Shown here piece after piece: positions 56,128-64,000 of a stretch of DNA of 64,000 bases. The stretch lies in assembly GCA_965267505.1 (NCBI GenBank), contig OZ254081.1, positions 1,510,401 through 1,574,400 on the forward strand, written 5' to 3'. The position numbers and the translations under genes are program-made. This DNA comes from Cytophagales bacterium. GTDB lineage: Bacteria; Bacteroidota; Bacteroidia; Cytophagales; CCMP332. Below the pieces are notes generated by a model. That model worked only from the letters and a program-made list of their open reading frames with translations, searched no databases and had not been told where the DNA came from. Each line of letters begins with the position of its first letter. Within the stretch, counting starts at the first letter, position 1.

Positions 56128-57570
56128 ATGAACCCATCAACCGCCCTTCTGGTCGTAGGATCCTACTTTCTGATCCTTATCCTGCTTGCATTTCTAACAA
56201 GATCAAAGGGCGATTCGGATACTTTTTTCAGGGGTAATCGAAACTCCCAGTGGTACCTGGTGGCTTTTGGAATGATCGGCGCATCACTTTCAGGGGTGAC
56301 CTTTATTTCGATTCCTGGTTGGGTAGGGAATACGGGATTCACCTACATGCAAATGGTTTTAGGCTATTTGCCAGGCTATTGGGTTATCGCATTTGTACTG
56401 ATCCCGTTGTATTACCGACTCAACCTGACCTCCATTTACCAGTTTCTTTTGGATCGCTTCGGACCAAGAGCATATAAGACAGGTTCTGCGTTTTTTATAT
56501 TGTCCAGGCTCGTTGGAGCTTCCTTCAGGCTTTACCTGGTGGCAGGAGTACTTCAATTGGCCTTTTTTGATTCATTCGGGCTTCCTTTTTGGGTTTCAAG
56601 TCTGGTTGCTATTATTCTGATCTTGCTTTACACGTTTGCAGGAGGGATCAGGACCATAGTCTTCACCGACACCCTACAAACCCTCATGATGCTTCTGGCT
56701 GTTGGTTTTTGCCTGTACTACATTTTGAAGGATCTGGATTTGGGACCCTCTGAATTTATTGCTCGGGCCAAAACAGCCGGCCTGGCAAATACAGTTGATT
56801 GGGATTGGAAAAGCCCGAGTAATTTTTTCAAGCAGTTCTTCTCAGGAGCCTTTATTGCATTGGCCATGACAGGCCTGGATCAGGACATGATGCAAAAGAA
56901 CTTAACCTGCAAGAACCCTGGTGAGTCAAGAAAGAACATCCTTTGGTTTAGCAGCATCCTGGTTCCAGTCAACCTTATGTTTCTGGTGCTGGGTGCGGCT
57001 CTATTTCTCTTTGCCGCGGAACACGGAATCGAAGTTCCTGAAAAGACCGACAATCTGTTCCCCGTTCTGACCCTTGGTCACATGCCGGCTTATATCGGAA
57101 TTCTTTTTTTGCTAGGGATCACGGCGGCTGCATATTCAAGCGCAGACTCCGCGCTTACCTCTCTTACTACAGCCTTTTGTATTGATTTCCTTGACTTCGA
57201 AAAGAAGGAAGATGAGGAGAAAAAAAGAAAAACCAGGATGCTGACTCATCTTGGGATGTCAGCCACCCTGTTCTTTTTCATTATCGCATTTCAGCTTATC
57301 CAAAATGAAAACGTGATCAGCTCGCTTTTCAAAGCTGCTGGATATACCTATGGACCGCTATTGGGGCTTTTTGGATTTGGGATCCTGACCAAACGAAAAG
57401 TTATGGATCGCATTGTACCCCTCATCGCGATCGGCTCGCCCCTGCTTACATTTCTGATTAAACTTTTGATCAATCTTCTACTTCCAAATTATGGGATAGG
57501 CTTCGAGCTGTTGCTGATCAACGGAGGATTGACCTATTTTGGACTCTACTTAGCATCGTTAAAGAATTGA
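56128..57570 (+). CDS. Sodium:solute symporter (SSS) family transporter
   Basis: 480 aa with about 13 TM helices. Motifs FRGNRN..WYLVAFGMIGASLSGVTFISIPG and GGIRTIVFTDTLQ are typical of the SSF family. Confidence 0.85.
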   Translation: MNPSTALLVVGSYFLILILLAFLTRSKGDSDTFFRGNRNSQWYLVAFGMIGASLSGVTFISIPGWVGNTGFTYMQMVLGYLPGYWVIAFVLIPLYYRLNLTSIYQFLLDRFGPRAYKTGSAFFILSRLVGASFRLYLVAGVLQLAFFDSFGLPFWVSSLVAIILILLYTFAGGIRTIVFTDTLQTLMMLLAVGFCLYYILKDLDLGPSEFIARAKTAGLANTVDWDWKSPSNFFKQFFSGAFIALAMTGLDQDMMQKNLTCKNPGESRKNILWFSSILVPVNLMFLVLGAALFLFAAEHGIEVPEKTDNLFPVLTLGHMPAYIGILFLLGITAAAYSSADSALTSLTTAFCIDFLDFEKKEDEEKKRKTRMLTHLGMSATLFFFIIAFQLIQNENVISSLFKAAGYTYGPLLGLFGFGILTKRKVMDRIVPLIAIGSPLLTFLIKLLINLLLPNYGIGFELLLINGGLTYFGLYLASLKN

Positions 57571-58814
57571 AAAATCTATTTGTCGCTTTCCTAATAAGCT
57601 TTTCGTTTGCAGAGGCCTCGGACACCCTCAGGCTTATGCAGTACAATATCCTGGATTATGGTAATTCATTTTCCACATGTACTTCCAACAATAATAACCT
57701 TGCGGACAAGGATGGTTATTTGAAGACCATAGTGGATGAGTACAGGCCTGACATCATTGGTGTCAACGAGATGAATTCCAATGTGATCTATGCTCAAAGG
57801 ATTCTGGTAAATGTTCTTAATACCGATAGCGTAAATTACTTCCAAAGAGCCACCTACAGCAACCAATCCGGATCCAGCCTGGTCAATATGCTGTTCTATG
57901 ATTCTCGGAAGTTGACTTTGTATGAAGAGCACGTGGTTCCAACCTCTGTCAGGGACATCAATATTTACACCCTTTATTACAATGATTCGGCATTAAGCAG
58001 TGGCACTGATACCCTATTTGTTTCAGTGGTCCTGGCTCATTTGAAAGCCGGAAGTTCTTCTGCCGATCAAAGCCAAAGGCAAAATGAGGTCAGTGCGGCA
58101 ATGACCACCATAAAATCTCTTAACCTGATCGGCAACCTGGTCTTTATGGGAGATTTCAACATGCGCTCTTCCAATGAAGCTGCTTACCAATTGCTGGTAA
58201 ATGAGTCAGATCCTGATTATCGCTTTTACGACCCTATCAATCGCCCGGGCACCTGGAACAATTCTTCCTCGTTTGCAGACCTACACACCCAGAGCACCCG
58301 GACCTCTTCCGGGTGCGGGGCTGCTGGAGGAATGGATGATCGCTTTGACCAGATACTTTGTACTTCCTTTCTACTTGGAGACTCATTGAAGGCACAATAT
58401 ATCCCCGGCTCTTATTGGGCGATTGGTCAGGATGGAAATCGTTTCAATGGGAGCATTTCTTCTCCTACAAATAACTCCGCCCCCGCCGATGTGATCCAGG
58501 CTTTGGGGGGTATGTCTGACCACCTTCCTGTGATTCTCGATCTGGAACTTGATGCAACGGCAATTCTTTCATTGGAAAATAATTTTGAGACCAGATCTTG
58601 TAATGCCGAGATAAGGGGAGACTACCTCGTATCTGAGGAGGAGATGAAAGTCGAGGTAATTGATGCCCTGGGAAGGTCCGGAGGCACTTTTTATACTACT
58701 TTAAATGCTAGGATCAACCTGAAAGATTTCCTTCAATCGGATCAGATCTTTTTCTTGAAAGCCAGCAATTCCAGCGGAAGCTGCGCCTCCAATTTTAAGT
58801 TTCTATTAAGATAG
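57567..58814 (+). CDS. Secreted endonuclease/exonuclease/phosphatase (EEP) family protein with T9SS-like C-terminal domain
   Basis: Signal peptide MKNLFVAFLISFSFAEA. EEP motifs LMQYNILDYG, IGVNEMN, MGDFNMRS, DRFDQIL and MSDHLPV. C-terminal ~80 aa (VEVIDALGRS...IFFLKASN) resembles a T9SS CTD. Confidence 0.75.
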   Translation: MKNLFVAFLISFSFAEASDTLRLMQYNILDYGNSFSTCTSNNNNLADKDGYLKTIVDEYRPDIIGVNEMNSNVIYAQRILVNVLNTDSVNYFQRATYSNQSGSSLVNMLFYDSRKLTLYEEHVVPTSVRDINIYTLYYNDSALSSGTDTLFVSVVLAHLKAGSSSADQSQRQNEVSAAMTTIKSLNLIGNLVFMGDFNMRSSNEAAYQLLVNESDPDYRFYDPINRPGTWNNSSSFADLHTQSTRTSSGCGAAGGMDDRFDQILCTSFLLGDSLKAQYIPGSYWAIGQDGNRFNGSISSPTNNSAPADVIQALGGMSDHLPVILDLELDATAILSLENNFETRSCNAEIRGDYLVSEEEMKVEVIDALGRSGGTFYTTLNARINLKDFLQSDQIFFLKASNSSGSCASNFKFLLR

Positions 58815-58842
58815 TCGGAAAAATGCTGTCGATGTCGAAGCA

Positions 58843-61005
58843 ATGAATAATTTTGCATCGATGATCCGGCAGCACATTATCGGATGCTTACTGGCAACCT
58901 TGCCTTTCTTAAGCTATGCTCAATCCTTTGAGGAAAGAGTAACCTCTGTATCTAACGTTGGACTTACCGTAAATAACCTGGGAAGCATAGGAAATGCTTT
59001 CAAAGGAGACTTCAATTTGAAAGGATCGCCCAGCGCAGAATACCCAGTTAATTCCGGAGTAGAACATGCCTTTCAGGGAGGGCTCTGGGTTGGGGGTCTG
59101 ATTAATGGAGGTGTTACAGCTGTTAGCACAGGATATATTGATGCTCCGAACGGCTATACTACGGGAGCAGCTGGTTTTGAGTACACAGCGGAAGTCGGTC
59201 AGGGCATAACAGAGAGGTCAAACCTCATCAACTCCAGTAATTATTCTCCCTTCGCGGTTTCTCAGCAAGACTTCCTCGCTGACTTCACAGATAAAAACAT
59301 AACGGTTCCCGGAACCAACAATATTCAGATCCTGGATCACAACAATCCTCTTGGAATTGATGTGCACATGGAGGCTTATAACTGGAATTTCTCCTTTGTC
59401 AATTTTTTTGTTGCCTTGGATTTTACAATTGTTAACACAGGCACAAACACGCTGGACTCTCTTTATGTTGGATACCTTGTGAATGGAGTAGTTAGAAACG
59501 TAAACCTTACTCCCCCTGGAGGTTCTGCCTTTTATAGCCAGGGAGGAAATGGTTTCCTTGACACCCTCTTCATGGCCTATGATTTTGACGCAACTGGTGA
59601 TGTGGGATTTACCGATTCATACATGGGCGAGAAATTCCTCGGATCTGAGGATAAGGAAGGGTGCAAGCATCCAAATGTTGACCCCAACTTCAACATAAAT
59701 TATCAGGCCTGGTTCTTCAGAAACACCAACGATCTTTTGTATTCATTCCCCGATACAGAACAAAAGCGTTACAATAAAATGACCCAAGGACTCAACAATT
59801 TGCCCTGTTGGGATTCAAAGGATTCCCCGGAATGTGTGGCCTGGAATGGGGGAAGCCCTAGGGCCACAACACACTGGGAGGACCTAAGGACTTCCGGCAA
59901 CCGATCAAATCTTATTTCGGTTGGGCCTTTTACCAGCATGAGTCCAGGCGATACAATTGAATTTGCGATTGCTTTCGTCTTTGCTCCCATGGAGAAGGAT
60001 CAAAATTCAGACCCCAATACCAACCAGGATCAACCCTCGGAAAGAAAGAACTTGATTCAAAATTCCGAATGGGCTCAGACCGCATACAATGGGGAAGACA
60101 TAAACGCCAATTGTATTTTGGATCCTGGAGAGGATATTGATGGCGATGGAAAAATCACCCGTTGGATCCTTCCCAACCCTCCTAATATTCCCAACAGCCG
60201 GGTGGTTGCCAAAGACAACCAAATAGATCTTTATTGGACGGATAATGCTGAAAAATCAATCGATCCGATCTCAGGCGATGCCGATTTTGAAGGGTATAGG
60301 ATCTATCAGAGCATCCTTGGTTTTGACGTTCAGGACAGGCAGGACATTGCTTCTTCGCTTACCCTATTGGCGTCCTATGATGTTGAGGGTAATAAACTAT
60401 TCTTTGACAATGGTTTTGGTGCGGTTAAGCTGGAAAGCCCAGTCACATTTGAAGGAGACACCAATGTGTATTCCTATCGGTATACCATTAGCAACATTCA
60501 GAACGGGTGGCAGAACGCAATTTCGGTGACTGCCTTTGATCGTGGGGACCAGGAGAATGGGATTGAGTCGCTTGAGTCAAGTGCTATAGCCAATGTAAAA
60601 AGAGTGTTTCCCGGGAAACCCGCCAACAACAGCATAAGAGATCAGCAACCTTTTGTATATCCCAACCCCTATTATGCAGGAGCGAGCTGGGAAGGCCCAA
60701 GTGTTTTTGCTGAGGACAAAAAATTAACCTTCGCTAACCTACCGGCTAATTGTGTTATCAGGATCTTTTCCAATGCGGGTGATCTGATAGACCAATTCAG
60801 GCATGACCAGGGATATACCGGAAATGACATCAAGTGGTTCAATACCTACTCTGACCCAAGCGAAACAAGATTTTCAGGAGGAGAACATTCATGGGATCTC
60901 CTTTCAAAAAGCCAACAGATCATAGCCAGAGGCTTGTATTTGTTTTCTGTGGAAGACCTTGACAATGGCCAGGTATTCCAGGGATCTTTTGCAATAATTA
61001 AATGA
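58843..61005 (+). CDS. Large secreted protein of unknown function with Ca-binding-like loop and T9SS-like C-terminal domain
   Basis: Signal peptide. N-terminal block NNLGSIGN...EYP.NSGVEH.FQGGLWVGG. DxDxDG loop (DPGEDIDGDGKITRW). C-terminus VYPNPY...VIRIFSNAGDLI...GLYLFSVEDL...FAIIK. Confidence 0.6.
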   Translation: MNNFASMIRQHIIGCLLATLPFLSYAQSFEERVTSVSNVGLTVNNLGSIGNAFKGDFNLKGSPSAEYPVNSGVEHAFQGGLWVGGLINGGVTAVSTGYIDAPNGYTTGAAGFEYTAEVGQGITERSNLINSSNYSPFAVSQQDFLADFTDKNITVPGTNNIQILDHNNPLGIDVHMEAYNWNFSFVNFFVALDFTIVNTGTNTLDSLYVGYLVNGVVRNVNLTPPGGSAFYSQGGNGFLDTLFMAYDFDATGDVGFTDSYMGEKFLGSEDKEGCKHPNVDPNFNINYQAWFFRNTNDLLYSFPDTEQKRYNKMTQGLNNLPCWDSKDSPECVAWNGGSPRATTHWEDLRTSGNRSNLISVGPFTSMSPGDTIEFAIAFVFAPMEKDQNSDPNTNQDQPSERKNLIQNSEWAQTAYNGEDINANCILDPGEDIDGDGKITRWILPNPPNIPNSRVVAKDNQIDLYWTDNAEKSIDPISGDADFEGYRIYQSILGFDVQDRQDIASSLTLLASYDVEGNKLFFDNGFGAVKLESPVTFEGDTNVYSYRYTISNIQNGWQNAISVTAFDRGDQENGIESLESSAIANVKRVFPGKPANNSIRDQQPFVYPNPYYAGASWEGPSVFAEDKKLTFANLPANCVIRIFSNAGDLIDQFRHDQGYTGNDIKWFNTYSDPSETRFSGGEHSWDLLSKSQQIIARGLYLFSVEDLDNGQVFQGSFAIIK

Positions 61006-61012
61006 TGATAAA

Positions 61013-63136
61013 ATGAATAAATTCTACAGCTTAATACTTTTCATCCTGATGGCTTCAGGGACTGCCTTTTCCCAAGCTCTTGTTACCATCAGACAGGTTC
61101 AGGAGCCACATCCTGATAGCCTTTTGGCAGGAAATGATACAAGTCCATTTTTTGGTGACACCGTAAGGATAAGGGGAGTGGTTGCCACACCTCCGGGCGC
61201 AGGGGTTTCAAGCTCAACCAACGGGCGTTGGATCTGGGTTCAGGATGGTGCAGGTCCTTGGGGAGGAATTAATGTAAGAAAAGGAAATGGAAACGCCACT
61301 ACCCCACAGGATATGCTTTTTGCTGCACCAGGTGACTCGGTAGAGATCGTTGGAGTTGTAAACAATTTCGCAAACGAAACACAGATCGATCCATTGGATG
61401 CCGGTGGTTTTACGGTTTTGGGAGCAAGTACTGTTAGGTGGAATACCACCTCAAGTCTTGTGGACTTCATCAACCCAAATGCGGACCCAAACACTGTAGC
61501 AGGAGAACCCTGGGAAGGACAATTATTTGAATTGATCAATGTGACTGTAGTATCGGTTACCGCCACATCACAGGACATTCGATTCCGAATTCAGGACGCC
61601 AGTGGGAACGAAATGGAGGTTTACGATACCTACACTGTTCAGCAACCCACAACTGTAAGTTGTTCAAACTGTATTCCTTACCCCCCATTTTCTCCTCCAG
61701 CTGTTGGAGACATCTTCGATACCTTAAGAGGAGTTATCGATGGAAGGAATTTCGGAACCTCACCTCCGTATTCAATCGCTCCATTTGACACTACCCACTA
61801 CATTTATGGAGCCAGTGCAGCGAAAATAAATAATGTTTTCAGGGATATTCAGGTTCCTACTTCAAGCCAGGCGGTAACAGTATCTGCCACTATTACTGAT
61901 AACGGGGGAATGGTAACCGCAGCGAGGCTTTTCTATGCTTTGGGTGAGACCAATAACAATTATACCCAGGTGAACATGACCAACACTTCAGGAAGTAATT
62001 ACACAGGACAGATTCCGGCCGGGTCCAACAATCAAATGGTCAAGTTTTACATTGAGGCAGATGATAATGATGCAAACACAACAGTATCACCAGGAGGAGC
62101 CCCTTCAACCAAAACGCATTTTTATTGGGTGAAGGACAATGGAACTCTTTCCATCAGGGATATCCAATACACCCCTTACAGCGATGGTGAATCCGGATAC
62201 CTCGGAGATGTAGTTTCTGTGGGTGGAGTTGTAACCGCCTCAGCTTCTCCCTCAGCAGGTGGCCTTGGGGTTCTTTACATTCAGGATAGAAGCTTTACAG
62301 AATGGTCGGGAATCTGGATTGCACCGGGATCTAACATTGATCCCGTTACGGAGTATGGAAGCATGTTACGTGGTGATACCGTGGTGATTACCGGAACCGT
62401 TGAGGAGAATTTTGGAGTTACCCGGATCCTTCTTGAGAACGGAAGCGATTACAACGTGCTAGGCTCAATTGGCCCAGCATCTCCCCAAGCAGCTGACCCA
62501 GATGATTTCACAACCTATAATTCAAATTTTGAAAGGTTTGAAAGCATGCTTTTAGAATTTGTTCCAAATGCGCCAGCCGATTCAATTTTTATTGTTAGTG
62601 CTAATGCTGATGACCCCAGCGATTTTGGAGAGTACAGAGTTGGCCACGATATCTTTGATCCCAATACGGGATCAAGGGTTTTGGTGGGAAGAGCTCAAGG
62701 ATCCAATAACTTTTCGCTTACCACCGCGAGAAATGACCTGGTTGTTAACGTAAACAGGATCATTGTTACACAAGGCGAAGGCATGGAAGCTTTGGCGGGG
62801 ATCATGTATTTCAGCTTTGGAAATTGGAAACTGCTTCCAAGGGATAATGGTGATATCACCGGCTATCCATTGAGCTTGAGCGCGGATAACTTTAGTTATC
62901 GTTATAGGATTTTCCCCAACCCAACGGATGGATTGTTGAATCTTGATTTTGAGATCGAACCAAGTGAGGCTATCTCTTATCAGGTGTATGATATCCTGGG
63001 TAGAACCAGTAAGGCGGGTAGGCTTAACTCTGCATTCAATAGGATCGACCTGAATGGAATGGAAGCTGGACAGTACCTGATCAGGCTTACTGAAGCAAAC
63101 GGAAATAGCGCGAGTCATCGCATCATAATCAAATAG
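61013..63136 (+). CDS. T9SS cargo protein with two ExeM/NucH-type N-terminal-like modules
   Basis: Signal peptide. Two copies of the module I(R)xVQ...GD.V.I.GVV...QD..G.W.GI.V...GD.V.I.G.V.E/N..G/N.T.I (residues ~25-130 and ~385-480). C-terminus IFPNPTDGLLNLDF...AGQYLIRL is a T9SS CTD. Confidence 0.7.
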   Translation: MNKFYSLILFILMASGTAFSQALVTIRQVQEPHPDSLLAGNDTSPFFGDTVRIRGVVATPPGAGVSSSTNGRWIWVQDGAGPWGGINVRKGNGNATTPQDMLFAAPGDSVEIVGVVNNFANETQIDPLDAGGFTVLGASTVRWNTTSSLVDFINPNADPNTVAGEPWEGQLFELINVTVVSVTATSQDIRFRIQDASGNEMEVYDTYTVQQPTTVSCSNCIPYPPFSPPAVGDIFDTLRGVIDGRNFGTSPPYSIAPFDTTHYIYGASAAKINNVFRDIQVPTSSQAVTVSATITDNGGMVTAARLFYALGETNNNYTQVNMTNTSGSNYTGQIPAGSNNQMVKFYIEADDNDANTTVSPGGAPSTKTHFYWVKDNGTLSIRDIQYTPYSDGESGYLGDVVSVGGVVTASASPSAGGLGVLYIQDRSFTEWSGIWIAPGSNIDPVTEYGSMLRGDTVVITGTVEENFGVTRILLENGSDYNVLGSIGPASPQAADPDDFTTYNSNFERFESMLLEFVPNAPADSIFIVSANADDPSDFGEYRVGHDIFDPNTGSRVLVGRAQGSNNFSLTTARNDLVVNVNRIIVTQGEGMEALAGIMYFSFGNWKLLPRDNGDITGYPLSLSADNFSYRYRIFPNPTDGLLNLDFEIEPSEAISYQVYDILGRTSKAGRLNSAFNRIDLNGMEAGQYLIRLTEANGNSASHRIIIK

Positions 63137-63163
63137 TAAAGGGAGCAGATAATTCATTTTTCC

Positions 63164-64000
63164 TTGACGAAAAAGAGCTACCTGCTGCCCCTGATCCTTT
63201 TGGGATTTTTAGGGGTGTCCTGCGAAAAGGGCACCCCTGAACCCAATGGAGAACCGCAAACCTCTATCTTCCTTGATAAGATCGAATTGACAGGGGAGGA
63301 CCGATTAACCTCGGTTGTTCGTGTTTTTTGGTCAGGCCAGGATAAGGATGGATTCATCAAGGGATTTGAGATCTCATTTGACCAACAAAATTGGGGCTTC
63401 ACGGAGCGTTATGATTCCACTTTTCGGTTTACCCTTGATCAGGGGAATGACACGGCTGATATCGATCTTTTTGTTAGAGCTGTAGATAACAATGGATTGA
63501 TTGATCCCAGCCCGGCCTTTCTCCAAATACCGATCAAGAATACTGCGCCCGAAGTACAATTTTTGTCTGACTTTCAACCTGTCGACACGACCAATACTGT
63601 TTTCTCTCTGATCTGGAATACCATTGATCTGGATGGAGATGAAACGCTTGATAGCACTTTTATCAGGATCAATGATGGTCCATGGACAGCTTTGGAAAGG
63701 AATTCAAATGGGATACGGATAGTCCCTGCTGATCCTATGGCAAGCGGACCGGTAAGTTCCAAGCTATTCACCTCATTCACCGGAGCTCCTACTTACACCA
63801 TAAACTTTGAAAGAGAAGAAACCTCTCAACCGGATGGATTGGTTCTGGACGGGATGAACACAGTTTATGTCCGTGTAAGTGATAAAGCTGGTGCATTTAG
63901 TGAGATCGACACCTCTGCCACCTTTTTCTTAAAGCGCCAAACCAGTGATTTTCTGCTTATGGAATCACATGTGGGTGCCGCAACTGTTAGGACGGTTTAT
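63164..64000 (+). CDS. Lipoprotein of unknown function, N-terminal 279 codons (continues beyond window end)
   Basis: Not in the ORF track because there is no stop inside the window. TTG start gives (M)TKKSYLLPLILLGFLGVSCEKG (lipobox). The frame is open to position 64000, with repeated ~90-aa beta-rich modules (VRVFWSGQDKDGFIKGFEISFD; FSLIWNTIDLDGDETLDSTFIRIND). Confidence 0.55.
   Translation, partial: MTKKSYLLPLILLGFLGVSCEKGTPEPNGEPQTSIFLDKIELTGEDRLTSVVRVFWSGQDKDGFIKGFEISFDQQNWGFTERYDSTFRFTLDQGNDTADIDLFVRAVDNNGLIDPSPAFLQIPIKNTAPEVQFLSDFQPVDTTNTVFSLIWNTIDLDGDETLDSTFIRINDGPWTALERNSNGIRIVPADPMASGPVSSKLFTSFTGAPTYTINFEREETSQPDGLVLDGMNTVYVRVSDKAGAFSEIDTSATFFLKRQTSDFLLMESHVGAATVRTVY

Noticed and set aside
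62672-63157. 161-aa minus-strand ORF
   Set aside because: It is antisense to the C-terminal region, including the T9SS CTD, of the 707-aa protein.
1-64000. Prophage, ICE, transposon or defence-island content
   Set aside because: No integrase, transposase, recombinase, terminal inverted repeats, tRNA attachment site, restriction-modification, toxin-antitoxin or cas-like genes were recognised. Composition looks uniform apart from the two AT-rich gaps.

Overview
Dense chromosomal core segment, roughly 95% coding by eye, from a Bacteroidota (Flavobacteriia-like) genome. The phylum call rests on several T9SS-type C-terminal sorting domains, a TonB-dependent receptor with an N-terminal carboxypeptidase-regulatory-like domain, a long S16 tail, TAnnTTTG -7 boxes just upstream of start codons, and largely absent Shine-Dalgarno sites. 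Recognisable housekeeping genes: msrA, the rpsP-rimM-trmD-rplS ribosome cluster, dapF, a DEAD-box helicase, a MarR plus fadN/fadA/fadE beta-oxidation operon, xth, ybeY, mnmG, glyA, tatC, rpiB, rbfA, a LolE-like permease, an SNF2 helicase, recR and clpS. Accessory or envelope content: a large T9SS subtilase, a frameshifted MacB/FtsX permease, a Cys-rich protein / TonB receptor / HMA metal-type operon, a GH3 hydrolase, an FAD-oxidoreductase plus membrane polyferredoxin pair, an SBP / giant coiled-coil membrane protein / RsbW-like kinase / YbeY operon, and a 3'-terminal cluster of T9SS cargo proteins (EEP nuclease-like plus two ~700-aa proteins plus a lipoprotein). By eye I found no rRNA, tRNA, CRISPR array, transposase, integrase or recognisable defence system, and I cannot name a confident novel system. 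The signals most worth follow-up are: (1) about 12 near-identical 27-nt tandem repeats that put a highly acidic tail on ribosomal protein S16; (2) all seven convergent gene junctions have a gap of 1 nt or less, or overlap; (3) a duplicated perfect palindrome GTTCCACGTGGAAC between ybeY and mnmG; (4) the split ExeM/NucH-like T9SS cargo cluster; (5) the metal-type TonB operon; (6) an AT-rich 357-bp gap with clustered DnaA-box-like 9-mers. All family assignments come from motif recognition by eye; no database search was run.
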